Of a stretch of 64,000 nucleotides of DNA, positions 13,850-27,439 are shown piece after piece (positions within the stretch are counted from its first letter, which is position 1; each line of letters opens with the position of its first letter). The notes beneath the pieces are model-generated. The model ran no database searches. It had not been told where the DNA came from and worked only from the letters and a program-made list of their open reading frames with translations. The translations under genes were made by a program, and so were the position numbers. This DNA comes from Lama glama (Eukaryota), in the NCBI GenBank assembly GCA_028534125.1, contig CM052817.1, positions 77,626,001 through 77,690,000 of the forward strand, in the 5' to 3' direction.

Positions 13850-15600
13850 CTTGCCTCACCTTGCTCTCACAGAGCTTACATCTAAGGAGGGGAAACAGAA
13901 ATAAACCAGTAAGTTAATACAGAGTATATCAAATGGTGATTAAGTACTTAAGTGTTATGGGGAAAACATAGCACAGATGGACGTAATGGCTGATATTTAA
14001 CAAGGATAGCCAAAGAAAGTCTTCCTGAGATGCCATTTGAGTAAAAGCCTAAAGAAGATGAGAGAGGGAGCCCTGTGGATAACTAGGGGAAGAGACTTCC
14101 AGACAGCGGAAACAGCAAGTACAAAGGCCCGGGGGTTGAAGCTTACCTGATTTGTTGAGAAACAGCAAAGCAAGACTGCCAGTGTGCTGGAGAACTAGCT
14201 GAGGGGTGGAAAGATAACAGAAGGTGGGATCAGAGGGGCATCAGGACCCTTCTTACAGAGTTCAGTGTAAATCTACTGGAGGGCTTTGAACAGGGGAGGG
14301 ATGAGATCTACCATGTTTTATAAAATTTGTACTGAGAATAGACTGTAGGGAGTTAAAGGCTAGAAACAGGGATGCTGGTTAGGAGGCTACTCTAATAGTT
14401 CAGGCGCTTCATATTGATGGTTTGAACCAGGGCAGTAGAAGTGCAAGTGGAGGGCAGTGATTGAGGGGGGAAAGGCAACAGTGTTTGCTGATGAGCTGGG
14501 TGTCTCCTGAGGGAAAGAGAAAGAAGGGACAGATGGCTTCAAGAAATTTCGCCTGAATAGCTGGGATGATAGAGACATTGTTAACTGCGGTGGAGATGAG
14601 CATGGAGCAGGTTTGGTGGGAAGGAAGCTCAGGAGTGACATTTTAGAGATATTAAGTTCAAGATGCCTGTTAGACAGATACAGGTAGAGAAGTCAAGTAA
14701 GCTGTTGAATATGAGTTCACATTGAAGAAATGGTACAACTGCAATGTAAGTCTGGTCAGCACATAAGTGGTATTTAAAGCCAATGGGAGTAAATTAAATA
14801 GCAAAAGGAGCAAGTGTAGTCAGAGCAGAGGGTCCAGGGCTGAGCCATTGAGCACTGTTGTAATGAGCAGGAACCAGTGAAGGAAACAGAGAGACAGGAG
14901 GAAAAGTGGGGAGTGTGTAGTCTGGAAAGCAAGTGAAGACAGTCTGTCCTGGGGGGAATGAGTGATCACTCACAATGTCACATGCTGCTGACAGGCCAGG
15001 TGAGATGAGAACTGAGAAACAATCACCAGCTCTTGCCCTAAGGAAGCCATGGACCCTGCCAAGAGTGGTTTCCATAGCGTGGGGAGGGTGAAGGCTTGGT
15101 AGAGTATGTTCAAGAGAGAATGGAAGGGAATGAAAATGGCCAATGTGGACAACTCTCTCAAAGAGGTTAGCTCTAATGGTGGTCAGAGAAAAGGGTGGTC
15201 TCTGAAAGGAAATGTGTAGTCCAATGAGTGTTTGCTTTTGTTTTTAAGATGGGAGCAATGACAGCGTGTTTGTATGCTGATAAACCATTTTGGTAGAGGA
15301 GAATTCTGGTGATTCTGGACACTGAGGGGAGAGCTGCCCAGCAGTGTCTTTGGGCAGATGGGATGGGATGAGATCTGGTGCACAATTGTGAGATGGACTT
15401 TCGCTACTTCACACATGGTTCAAGTAAAAGGAGAACCAGAGGATGTAAACTCAGGGGGAAAGAGAGTGGGGAACTTCTCTTGTGAAAGTAGTCCTCTAAT
15501 TGCTTTTCTTTTCACTGAAACAGTAAGCAAGGCCACCAGCTGAAAGTGGGGATGGGAAGGCAGCACTGAGATTCGGGGAGAGAGGAGAAAGTAACAGACA
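13850..15600 (-). mobile_element. Long L2 LINE fragment with decayed reverse transcriptase
   Basis: Minus-strand remnants KHAVIAPILK and FSVLISPGLSAACDIVSDHS resemble L2/CR1 RT motifs; typical L2 3' sequence at 13860-14700. Confidence 0.85.
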
Positions 15601-16456
15601 GTACAACAGCATCCCCCCAAAAAGAGCGACTTGTTTTGATCCCCACAAACCAATTCCCTCTGTTGCATGTTTTATTTTAGGGAATATTTTCCCCCATTAC
15701 GTCTATCTAAAAAACCTAGAAATTATTCTAGATTCTTCCTTCTACTTAACCGTCCATCAAATCAATCCCTCAGCCTCCCAAAGAGAAGTGTAACACTTCT
15801 TCCACTCTTCTTGTTCCTTCCGCCCCAACCTGGTCCAGATGATGCAAAAGCCTCCATACCAACTTCCCAGCTTCCAGACACATGACTTTCTCAGGGTATG
15901 AACAAATATGGAAATCAAAATCTCTCAAGTGTTAAATTATGAGTCTCTGGTTTAAAGATTAAACAAAGAAAACTGTTCATCCTCAACGCTGTGGCCACAC
16001 AGATCTTTAAAAGATAGCAAATGTTTCCTGGCTTAAAAAAAAATCCAACACCTCTTTGTGTGGCAGTTAGAGGACTCTGCACGATCTGACCTCAGCCTGC
16101 TTGCACAGCCTCATCTCCAGTTTATACTCAAACACTGTGCTAAAGTACTAGACACATTCCCTCCACTCTGAATCCATGAGGGAGGCAAAAAACAATGGTG
16201 CAGAGAGATAAGAAGGATGCACCAGTGAACATTCCCTGTGAACATGAAGAAGCAAAGGAGTTACGTTACATTCAAGCAGTGAAGTCAGGTAGACCTGCAC
16301 TTGTGACATAATGCTGTAATGTTTAATACCTCAGTCACTAGCCACAGCTCAAACAGCAGGCATCTTCCTCCTTTCCCCCTCAGCCTTCTTCTTTTAACTC
16401 TACTTCCTTTATTGATTCATGCCAATCTGGCAGAACATACACACCAACCTGCTATC

Positions 16457-16972
16457 TTTTTTAAAATTGAAATATAGTTGGTTTACAATGTTGTGTTAAT
16501 TTTTAGTGTACAGCATAGTAATTCAGTTACACATATATATATATATTCCTTTTCATATTCTTTTTCATTATAGGCTATAATAAGGTATTGAATATAGTTT
16601 CTTGCTCTTTATTTTACATATAGTAGTTATTATCTACAAATCTTGGATTCCCAGTTTATCCTTCCATACCCAGTCCTTCCCCCACTGGTAACCATTGTTT
16701 TCTATATCTATGAGTCTGTTTCTATTTTGTAAATAAGTTCATTTGTGGCATTTTTTTAGATTCCACCTATACGTGATATCATATGGTATTTTTCTTTCTC
16801 TTTCTGGCTTACTTCACTTAGTCTGACAATCTCCAGGTCCATCCATGTTGCTGCAAATGGCATTATTTCATTCTTTTTTATGGCTGAGGAGTATTCCATT
16901 GTATAAATATACCACATCTTCTTTATCCAGTCATCTGTCAATGGACATTTAGGTTGTTGCTTCCATGTCTTT
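16457..16972 (-). mobile_element. L1 3' end (ORF2 C-terminus and 3' UTR), 5'-truncated
   Basis: ORF 16756-16941 [37 protein letters not shown] is the L1 ORF2 C-terminus; poly-T at left end. Confidence 0.93.
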
Positions 16973-17158
16973 TGCCACTTTTTTTTTTTTAACCTAGTCT
17001 ATGTTACCTCTGGTAGTTTCCATTATTTTTTAGTACATGCAAGGTTGAGAAACAATTATTTTTAAGATATTATTTTAATTAACAAGCAGATGTCCTCTTT
17101 TATCATCTGGCCAGCTTTAAGGAAAGAGAATAAAGCCTCAAAATCTCCTTAGTACTTC

Positions 17159-17643
17159 TGGTGGCTTCACAGTATCTCCACCACACATTCTCTGATGCTC
17201 TTCTCTTCAAGAGGTGGAGCCTAATTCCTCTACCCCTGGGTCTGGGCTGGACTTGATGCCTGGCTTCTAAAGAACACATGCAATGAAGCAAAGGTGAACA
17301 AGTCTGGAGATTTGGCCACACAAGGTGCTTTGCTTCCCCCTTGCTTGCCTTCTGCCACGTGGTGAGGACCTGGGGTGACATATGTAGACACCCCCATGCA
17401 AGGAACTGAGGCCTCCTGCCAACAGCCATGCTGGTGAGCCCTCTGGGAAGTGTACACTCAAGTATGAGTTGGGCACCCCTGCCCATCTCCTGAGGGCAGC
17501 CTGCTTCAGGGAACCCAAGCCAGAACCAGCTGCTGGCTAGGCTGCTCTGGCACTCCTGAACCACAGACATTGAGATAATAAATGCTGTTGTTCAAAAGCA
17601 CTATGCTTAGGATAATCTGCTATGCTGCCAGAGACCACGGATA
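17159..17643 (+). mobile_element. MaLR solo LTR, MLT1F/G-like
   Basis: AAGAGGTGGAGCCTAATTCC...GGAACTGAGGCCTCCTGCCAACAGCCA...TGAGATAATAAATGCTGTTG. Confidence 0.8.
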
Positions 17644-20629
17644 TTGTACGCACGATCATCAAATAATTTGTAATAATCAAATGGATCTGGAATTCTAAAT
17701 CCAGGTCATTTTCACTTTATCTCACTGCTACCAAGTGATGCAAAAAAACAAAACAACAAAACAAAACAAAACTATGAATCAAAAATTTTGTAAGATCCTC
17801 ATCTCTTATACTTTAATTTGAATTCTGCATAGGATATTAATTTTCATTCTATGGTAGAAAAGAAACAAGTAAGAACTTTTAGATGAGCACTTAACAAGAA
17901 GAAATATAGGATTCTTAGTTGATAAAGTACTTTACGTATATAATTTTAGCTCTTAGATGAATATATATGTGTGCATATACTTATTGAGAGTAGCAATTTC
18001 ACTGACAACCACCTTAACTTTTTAAGAATGTATGAAAATTATTTAATAATGAAAATCCATCCCAAGGCCTAATTATGTGGCTCTGGCTCAGCTATTATAC
18101 AAGAAATTGTTTATGCTTATCTGGAGCTGGTTCCAGATCTCTACTAGTCATTATGCAAGGCCTATGTAAAACTTCTCAAAATTAAATTTGTAACTCATCT
18201 ATATGATTTACAAATGATTTAATAATTAAAAATGTAATGCATTCCAACAAGTGCTGGAATGGTTATTCTAAAAGTACCAGTGAAGATAAACCTCATATAC
18301 TGAATAAAACAGCATTCAGTCTGAACCAAATTTTCTGAGCATTAAAAATAAGACATGGGTAAACACAGCCGACCACTGACCTAATCTTCAGTCTGTTTTT
18401 ATTCTCTCTCTCTTATTCTCCTGGCTCAGTAGTGTAGCCTCAGGGTTTTAACCTATTAGCATCATATTTTTCATCTGACGTTCTTAAGAAATGTTTTTTC
18501 CTTAAGAAAGTGGTTACCATCTTCTTCTCTGTAAAATACACTTGTTTATTATTTAAAGGGCAATGTGGAAAAAGAAAAAGAAAAGATCATCACCTCATGA
18601 TATCAAGTCCAGAAGCAACGGAAACTTTTCAGAGTATTTTTGTTTTGTTTCTAAAACAAAGCTACAATAAAATATCACAGGGGAATAAACGAAATGGACA
18701 ATTTATAAGTTTAAAAAAAAACATATAACTAGCCAAGGCTTTGAGACTAAAATAGATCTAGATCAACTGACAGCCTGCAATGAAAGTCTGCTTAATCTTG
18801 TTGCTATTTAGTTTTACCTAGTCTGACTTGGAATTGTTGGACTACATATACAGCTATAACGTTTATCTGCTCCAAGCTTACATGCCAAGTTGAAGAAAAG
18901 CCCGAGTCAGTAATGCGAGCAGGACATCACAAGCCAGCATCTGCTCTGCCCACCCTCCGCCCCACGGAAAGCGTGTAGGAGCTTCCTCTCGTAAGCCTAT
19001 GGGATAAACACGGCAGGGATCTGCTGTATGAAACCACAGCCTTCCTCCTTCCTCTGATTTCTCCAGCTCTAGAAATCCGCAGACTTTCCTTTGAACTTGT
19101 GTGCTGAATACTGAACGCACTTAACATTTGTCTTGTTACCCTGTATTGATATATAATTTTTGGTATAAAAGATCAACCTCTACAAATTGAAAAAAGTTTA
19201 AAGTAGCTTCCCTGCTTCATTTCATTTTATATCCTCATTGCCTAGATTAGGGCTCTACATATTGCAGTGACTCAACAATTTCTTTCAAAACAAGATAATT
19301 TAGGGGAGGGATGAGAATATTTTTAAATGGGTAGATAAATTTATACAGCTTAAATTCTAGAAAACATTGACTTTTGTATATTGCAGTAGGAATCACACAG
19401 CTGATTTCATTAATGCTTTACTTTGGGCTTTTGGGCAGACATTAAATCTCTTTGATTCATCAAAGTATTTATCTGATAAATATCTCATAAAAATTAGATG
19501 ATATGTTTTGAAGTTTTTTAGGCTTCTTTTGAAGGAACACATAAACAATTAGATATTTAGCTAAACTGCTCCTTATCACACTGTAAAAATATCATAAATC
19601 TTTTATTGTAACTTATATTTGCATCAAAGAATTATGTCATCAAGTATGATAAAATAAAGATGATAAAAACAGAGAAGGAGAATCAGAACTCTGACTCTAA
19701 ATCAGATTTCTACTTAATAACTAGAGTTGACATTCAAGCAAGAGAAAACGGGTGTCAGCCTAGCCTCGCCTGACATTTCTGGATATAATCTCCAACTCAG
19801 ATCAATATGGAATTTTCACGGAATTTGCATTATTTTACAATGTCCTGGCTTCTGCCTCATTGGTGCAGCCCCTATAAAGAAGAGCACTTATCTTCACCAT
19901 GTCATAACAAGCAATACTTCAAGAGGTGGCAGTATTTCAGAAATAGGTCATCGGAGCTAGAGAGAGAGAGGCGTTTCCCTCTACTTCTTTACTAAACATA
20001 AAACAACAATCTGGTTACAGAAATAAGTGATGCATGTGATGAAAATAAAACTGATCCAAGTACCCAGGTCTGAAAAATCCCGCATTAAGCCTAAAAGAAA
20101 TTAAACAGCAGCCCCCAAAATTCACACACTTGATGTAAATTTTTTTCATTACACTTCCAGTGCGAATCATGGAGCACACTGGCCCAGATTGATAGGAAAC
20201 ACGCTGCTATAACTCTTTCATCCCTGGGAAAAATTTCTTTTTGTTGACTGGATGGATTTCTCTTACGACATGATAGAGGATGTGACTCAGATCCAGCTTT
20301 CTCTCTCCCACCCCTGCTCCCTGCCTCTCTCTCTCTCTCTCTTTTTTTTTTCTTTCCATTTTAAAAAGTCTGTCTGCAGAGTGGTTTCAATTCTTCACTT
20401 GAAGAGCCATCAGAATGCTGCCAGGTCCCCTTGTTTCCACCTTCAAGTCCTGCTTCTGAATGGAACCACCTCTCACACCAGTGTACCTCCCATCCTGAAA
20501 TCAACAGTAATTTAAATGTTTACTGCAGCAGCTCAAGAAAACACTAAAAGGGAATAAAGTAGACTGCAGTCATCACCCACAGCAGAATTTTAAGGAAACT
20601 TCCTGCCCTTATCATGGCCCTGTAGTCAC

Positions 20630-20825
20630 GACTGCCAAGGTTTGTATCTCAGCTTCACCAGTTTTTAGTTATGTGACTTTGGCCAAGTTCCCTAAATGTT
20701 CCCTGCCTCAGTTTCATCATCTGTTAAGAAGGAATAAAATACTGACTACCTCCTATGTCTGGCTGTTATGAAGATGAAATTAATTAATCCACATCAAATC
20801 CTTAGAATAGTTACCAAAGGATAGG
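20630..20825 (+). mobile_element. MIR SINE
   Basis: TGTGACTTTGGCCAAGTT...TGCCTCAGTTTCATCATCTGT. Confidence 0.75.
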
Positions 20826-21744
20826 CAGTTATTGCCAGAGTCCTACCCTGCTGTCCTGAAACCACCCAGTTACACAGCATGTGCTGGCTCTCTTCTTCCC
20901 CTTGACCATTTTACCTTTTGTCTTCATTCATTTTCTCTAGGCAATAGCTCTCTGATCTTTCCAAAATAAGTTATTTTAGCTTCCTCAAGCTACTCCAGTA
21001 CCCCCCAACCACCACTTTTGCCCATTAACCCCATTCTCTTAGAAGGGCAGAGGGGAAGATTAAAAAAATTTATCATTTTTTTTAAACATTCTGTCACAGA
21101 AGTTTTAAGAATCTCTGTGATTGTGACTTTTAAAAAGGCATTACTATATCTATTACACTTAAGATTATAACATTCATGAAAAGAAATCCTGAAAAATTTT
21201 AGTTGAAATACTTCACAAGAAGAGATGCAGATGAGACGATTATATATTTTATTGTCTCTAAAAAATCTCTCTCGATTTTCTGGACTCTGTTATAGTTCAG
21301 ATTGTGGTATATATAGTTCAGACTTGTTTATAGTTTAACTGCTCCATTCAAATAGTTCTACAGAGTTGGTAGCTTAAGAAACTGGGGTCACTAAACTGTA
21401 CCAGGACATTTTATAAACAACCAATAATCGCATTTCATTTTAGGTTCCTTGGTAATTAGTTGGAATTGGTGTTGGCTCTCTCAGTACAGCTGAACTAACA
21501 CAAAGACAAGAAACCAAATTCATTTTGCCTCATTTACGAGGAAAAATAATCAAAATAATTTTTTTTACACTTAAAGTTTAGTAAGAGGGTAACAGACCAC
21601 TTAGGTCAGGACTGTGCTGGTTATGATTTGATCCCAGCTGTCTGGTTACTACGTGGCTGATGACCTCTTCCTACAATTTTATCATTCCTTGTTTCTCTTA
21701 AAAGTTCTGTTAGTTCCATGTCTCCTTTAAAAAAATTACAGTTG

Positions 21745-21950
21745 ACATTTATTGATCACTTTCAGTGTGCCAGAACTATAAGCCCGCTGCATGCACGAAT
21801 GCATTTAATCTTCACAACAACCTTATGAGGTAGGTCCTTTTATAACCCTCATTGTGCAGATGAGGAAACCGAAGATCAAGAGGGATTAACCAATTCCATC
21901 CTGGTTACTCATCAAGTAAGTGGTGAAGATGGGATTCAAGCCCAGAGCAA
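21745..21950 (-). mobile_element. MIR SINE
   Basis: TTTAATCTTCACAACAACCTTATGAGGTAGG...CAGATGAGGAAACCGAAG...GGGATTCAAGCCCAG. Confidence 0.8.
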
Positions 21951-22689
21951 GCAATCCTAACAATTCATTACTCCCCAAAGCCTTCCTGTGACTCTCTGTT
22001 TTGATTTCAAAAGCTTCGTGAGAGAAAGCGTAGTACTTTTCTATTGTGTGTACACAGCAGCAAACACTGCCCTGAGCTTGTTTATGCAGCTATAAATATA
22101 AAGACAATTCTGGAAGTTGTATATTGCATCTTCTCAGTGGCTCTGGTTCTCAGTCAGTCAAATTACTTTCTATACTACAGCAGCCACGCTGAGAGTACAT
22201 TTCTTCTTCCGACTGTTTCTCCTCATTCCTTTTCTCCGAGGAGAGAGTTCTCACAGGAAATAATTTCAAACTGGGCAGTGTGAGCGTGGGAGGAGAGGGA
22301 GCAGGGGGGAAGGACAGGCAATGGGGAAGGTCAGCAAGATATTTAAAAGGCTGTGCTTTGGAAACCCTCCCATCAGTAAGTTCCTAAGACTCCAGTGCTG
22401 GTTTCTTTTATCTCCTGAAATGCTTCTCATGAACAAACTTTTGTGGAAACCAGGGAAGAGCTCAGGCTTCATATCCAGTCATCAAAGGGTAAAACAGACA
22501 GCAGGAGAGGGTGTGGGAGCCCGGAGGCAGACACCCTGTGATGCCGAGGAAGCCAGCAGAAATCTTAGGGAGAACCCTGGACAAGCACAACCTGGGGACC
22601 CCGAGCTGAACCCACTTTAATTAGGTCTGTAAGTGAGCAGAAGGCCTTTGGCTGAGAGTGGGATTATTGACTCATGTAATCAAATTTAA

Positions 22690-23412
22690 ATTATTCCCCA
22701 CCAGAATGATGATATTTTTAAAAAAACTGACAATACCATGTGTTGCCTAGGCTTTGAAGCAACTGGAACTGTCATACATTGATGGTAAGAATACATATGG
22801 TGCAGCCCCTTTGGAAAAGAGTTTGGAAGTTTCTTATAAAAATTAAACATACACCCCTCCATGTGACCTAGCAATGCCCCTCCTATATATTTACCAAAGA
22901 GAAATGAGAACATTATGTCCTCACAAACACCTGTATGCAAGCATCAACTATGGCTTTTTCCCTAACACAAAAACTGGAAACAACTCAAATGTCTATCAAT
23001 GGATGAATGGAGAATCAAACTGCAGCATATCCATACCATGGAATAAACACTCAGCAATAAAAAGGAGCAAACCACTGACACATGCAGTAATGGGTGAATC
23101 TCACAAGCATTATGCCAAGTCAGACACACAAGACTACATACTGTATGATCCCCCTTACATGATTTAAATGACATTCTACAACAGGCAAAACAATAGTGAC
23201 AAAAAACAGATCAGTGACTGTCAGTGGCTGGAGGCTGAGGCGGAGGGGGTCGACTACAAGGGGTACTGGGAAATAGCTGAGGTGACAGAAATGTTCTGTA
23301 TCCTGATTACAGTGGTGGTTACATGACCGTATATACATCTGTAGAAAAACTAATCAAACTATATACTTAAAATGGGTGGATTTTATTGTATGCATTGTAT
23401 TACACCTCGGTA
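22690..23412 (+). mobile_element. Old L1M (L1MB/ME-like) 3' end
   Basis: GCAACTGGAACTGTCATACATTGATGG...AAACTGGAAACAACTCAAATGTCTATCAATGGATGAATGG...3' UTR. Confidence 0.85.
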
Positions 23413-23752
23413 CAGCGGAGGTTTTGTTATTGTTGCTGTTTGTTTTCAATTAAACCAGCCTCACTGGCATTCATAAAGACTGAAATGAAACATGGGTATT
23501 CAGAGGACACTCTCTTACAGAAAGGCAGCCCCCCTTACTTTACCTGGTGGTTTTACTGCACATTCTCAGGGGTTCCCCCATGCCCACCGTTCATGCTATT
23601 TAGAAGGAGACGTTTAACCAGAGCATGATTTGGGCTGAGTCTCTTGACCAGTACAAAGCTGTTTTGGGGCCAGAGTTTTAAAACATACTCACTAACTAAA
23701 AGCTGAAAATCATCTTTTCGAGTGTACACAATCACAGTCCTTGGTTTATAAC

Positions 23753-23885
23753 CAGGGCAGCCAGATAAAATATAGCACAGCCAGTCAAATTTAATTTTAG
23801 ATGAGCAATAAATAATTTTTTAGTATAACAATGTCTCAAATATTGCATGAGACATATTTTTTATTTGCTCTATCTGACAATCTGA
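23753..23885. mobile_element. MER53-like palindromic DNA transposon (internally deleted)
   Basis: CCAGATAAAATATAG...AATTTTTTAGTATAA..ATGTCTCAAATATTGCATGAGACAT...TTTATTTGCTCTATCTGACAA. Confidence 0.75.
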
Positions 23886-24089
23886 TTAATAACACCAGCA
23901 CCACTAGTCTAGGCATGGCCTCTTCAATTTTATTTACTCACAATTAATTAGCTACTTAATTAATTTCATATGCATGTTTTAGTTGCGTGTAATGTTAGTC
24001 ACTGTGGCTATAACTACCCTCTTAAGAAACCATGTGGCAACTCTAAGACACAGGGAACTTATTTTAGACTACTGAGAAGTGACTGATAC

Positions 24090-24910
24090 AGGAGCCTGTT
24101 AATCAAATTGTGATCTGCAGATCTAGAGCACCAGCATCAACCTGGTGCTTGTTAGAAAAGAATCTCACTCAGGTCTCACCTAGACCTCCTGAATTCAGAA
24201 TCTGCATTTTAAGATTCGTATGCACATTACTGTTTTAGAAGCCCAGATTTATAAAGCCGTGTTTTTGGAAAATTCCCAAGGGCATATGCAGGGTGGACTG
24301 AAGGGAAACTGACTTGAAGTACAAAAACCCCTCACAAGAATATTTTAAAAGTCTATTACTTCAAGAACTGAATTATGGCACAGGCAGCAGGAATGAAAAG
24401 AAAGGAATCAAAATGAGAAAGACTAACAGAAAAAAAATTATCGATGGACTCAGTAAAGGACTGAATGGAAGAAGGAAAGGAGAGATGTCAGAATCTGAAT
24501 ATAAATCAAGTAGAACCATGAAAGTGTTTCTAGTATCCTTGGCAGTGGTTCTCAACCCTAGCAGCACATGATAAACACCTAGTAGCTTTAAGAAATACTG
24601 ATGCCTGGATCTCAACCCCAGAGATTATGATTTAAGGTGAAACCTGGGCATTAGAATTTCTAAATGCTCCCTGAGTGACTCTAATGTGCTGCCAAGGTTA
24701 AGAATCATAAGAATATGGGCTCTTTCAATCTATTTGTTTTCACTTAGAGAAGTGATTTTTCAACCCTAGCTGTACTTTATAAGTACTTGGGGAGCTTTAC
24801 AAATGTATCAGTATCCAGACCCTGCCCTTAGAGATTCTGGTTTAACTGGTAATATTTTATAAGTTTCACAGTTGATTGTAATGTGCGGACAGGTTGAGAA
24901 CACTCAACTG
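24090..24910. mobile_element. Cluster of three MER5-like hAT-Charlie elements (~24090-24250, 24540-24710, 24750-24910)
   Basis: CAGTGGTTCTCAACCCT termini, AGAATCTGCATTTTAA and CCCCAGAGATT motifs. Confidence 0.7.
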
Positions 24911-25473
24911 GAGCATTCAGTTTAAATGATAATTTATTAACTCTTTTTTCAAATAACTATAAAATGAAGAGAGAATTCAGTGCTTACAGAATCCAAATCT
25001 TCCAGTTAGGTGAAACAGAAACCAACTTATTTTCATTTGCTTGTTATAATTTCACAAGAAATTTCACTTGGAATTAGCTACAATTTCCATTTTTCCAAAA
25101 CCTCATTTTGAATCCCCCTCCCCCGCCAAAATCAGCTGATGATCATTGCAATTGGATAACCATTTATGAAATAAGCTTTATTCAGACGTTTAAAATATAA
25201 TATGAAATAAATTGATTGTAACCACAACCACAATTATATATCTTAGGATAGAGTAAGGTCCTCAGGAGAGAGAGGTAAGGAAATGACATGTCTAAAATTT
25301 ATTTCTCAAAGTAAAGTCTCCATCAGGATTCAACCTTATTACTAAAGTCTAAATAAAAAAAATCAGAGAAAGAACTTTATAGTTAACTTATCACTACAGC
25401 ATTAGTTCGTAAGTGTGCAAAGAAAAGTAAAAAAAATTTTTCAAAAAGGAAAATGTTTCCAAATGACCTTTTA

Positions 25474-25584
<111 letters not shown>

Positions 25585-26559
25585 CTAGAAAGGAAGAAGA
25601 AATTCAATTGAATGACTGACCTGTTCAAAGGTTGATTTGATTTTTCTGATTTATTGATTTATAGGATTAGAGAAATCTAATCTTTGACCTATCTTGTTGC
25701 TCTGAATGACAATTTTATCACTGTAAAAGGCATCAAGTCATATAAGCACATATCATCTTTGACAAAGATAAATTAAAGATTTTTTAGGAGCCAGTGGTTA
25801 TGGAAAAAATACAGACATAGACAGATGTTAAGAAATAAAGGAAATTCAAAATATTAACCGATTTAGACAGCCTTACTTAAATTCAGGAGAAAGTGGCACC
25901 TCTCCTCCTCTGTAATACAATTTGCCTGTTCCCATCTCACTGATTCTTCTGAAAAAGAAAAGCATCTCTGCTCTGAAACTTTTCCTATAAAACCTACCAC
26001 CTCCAAAATGGTCTCTCCAATACTGACTTTAGTTTCCTTCTAATGATTGTTTACATGTTTCCTCGGTATTCTATATTTCTGTCTCAGTTGATCATGACAA
26101 TTAAAATCTTTTCTTTTTTTGTATATATATTAAAAAAAAGCTGCATGGCCTTCATCAGATTATAAACAATTCCTTAATCTTTTAAAGCTCTTTCCTTTTA
26201 CCAAATATGTCTTATATATCCAATAATCACAAAGGACTTCTGAAAGGTATAAAAGTTCTAAATGCAGGCTAAAGAACGAAAGATACAGGCTATTTTCCAT
26301 TAAACCAGATTGAGAAGATTAAAGGTAGACTGTAAACTCTATGAGGGGCTTTTTTTTTTCTTTTGGTTCATCACTATATTCCTAAGATTAGCACAGGAAT
26401 TCAAAAACATTTGTTACCTAAATGAGGGAATTCATTAACAAATGATATCATGATTATCCAATGTGATCACTTTCAGCTTACTATACTTTAAAGCAAATCT
26501 TGTAAGTAGGAGGGAAAACATACTTGAAGAAATGGACAGATACCACTATATGAGATACA

Positions 26560-26900
26560 ATTAAAATGAAGCCAAGATACCAGAACATAAACATCTGAAT
26601 GAATGTTGTTCCCTTCAAAGCAATAGCATTGGGAATTTTCATGCTCAACCTAATCATAGCATCATTGTTCCAAAAACTCTGCTTTTGGAATTCCCTTCAG
26701 AGAATATGGAATAGTCACAGTGGAAAAATCCTCGTCTTTGAAGGTCATTCCTATTTTTTTTTTTAATTAGCCTGAAGTCACGCAAAGTGAAGGCTGTGAA
26801 TAAAGCAAATGGTTACATTAGATTCCACCATCTGGGGTCAGAAATGAGGCCAATTTTCCCCGAGAGGGCCACACTTGGCATTAAAGACAATTTTAAAAGA
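26560..26900. mobile_element. MARNA-like mariner fossil
   Basis: TTCCCTTCAAAG...CTTTTGGAATTCCCTTCAGAG...AAATCCTCGTCTTTGAAGGT. Confidence 0.6.
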
Positions 26901-27439
26901 AAAGATATAAAATAGTGGAAAATCTATATAAATATTTTATGTTACAAATAAACACTACTACAGTTTTAATTTTTCTGCAAACATGCTTAAAGTTATATTG
27001 AAAGACAGAGAAAACCTTGGCTAAATGTTTCCAAGAACTAGTTCTTAAATTACATACTATATTGCAAAGTATGTAAAGAAAGCAGACAGGATACTGATAC
27101 TGATACTGATGAGTTAAAAGAATTAAAAAATTGTGAATTTACATACTGAATTATTCTACAAGCTAATAATCAAAATACGAACAGAAATACATCCTCATCA
27201 ATCATTTTATTAATGAATATTTGAATTACAAAAAATTTATAAAAAAAGAGAATTAAACCCAACTATCTAATCAAAGTAATAGAGGCTGACAGGCTGAAAT
27301 TAGTAGGACTTTCACAGAAGTTTGTGTGAGTGTGTGTGCATACTAGAAGTTTAAAATAAACAGCAGCCCTGGATTTCACTCTTCATTGAAGGAGGTAGGA
27401 GTAATGTATGCTTCAAAATCACTTAAAATGAATTTCAGC

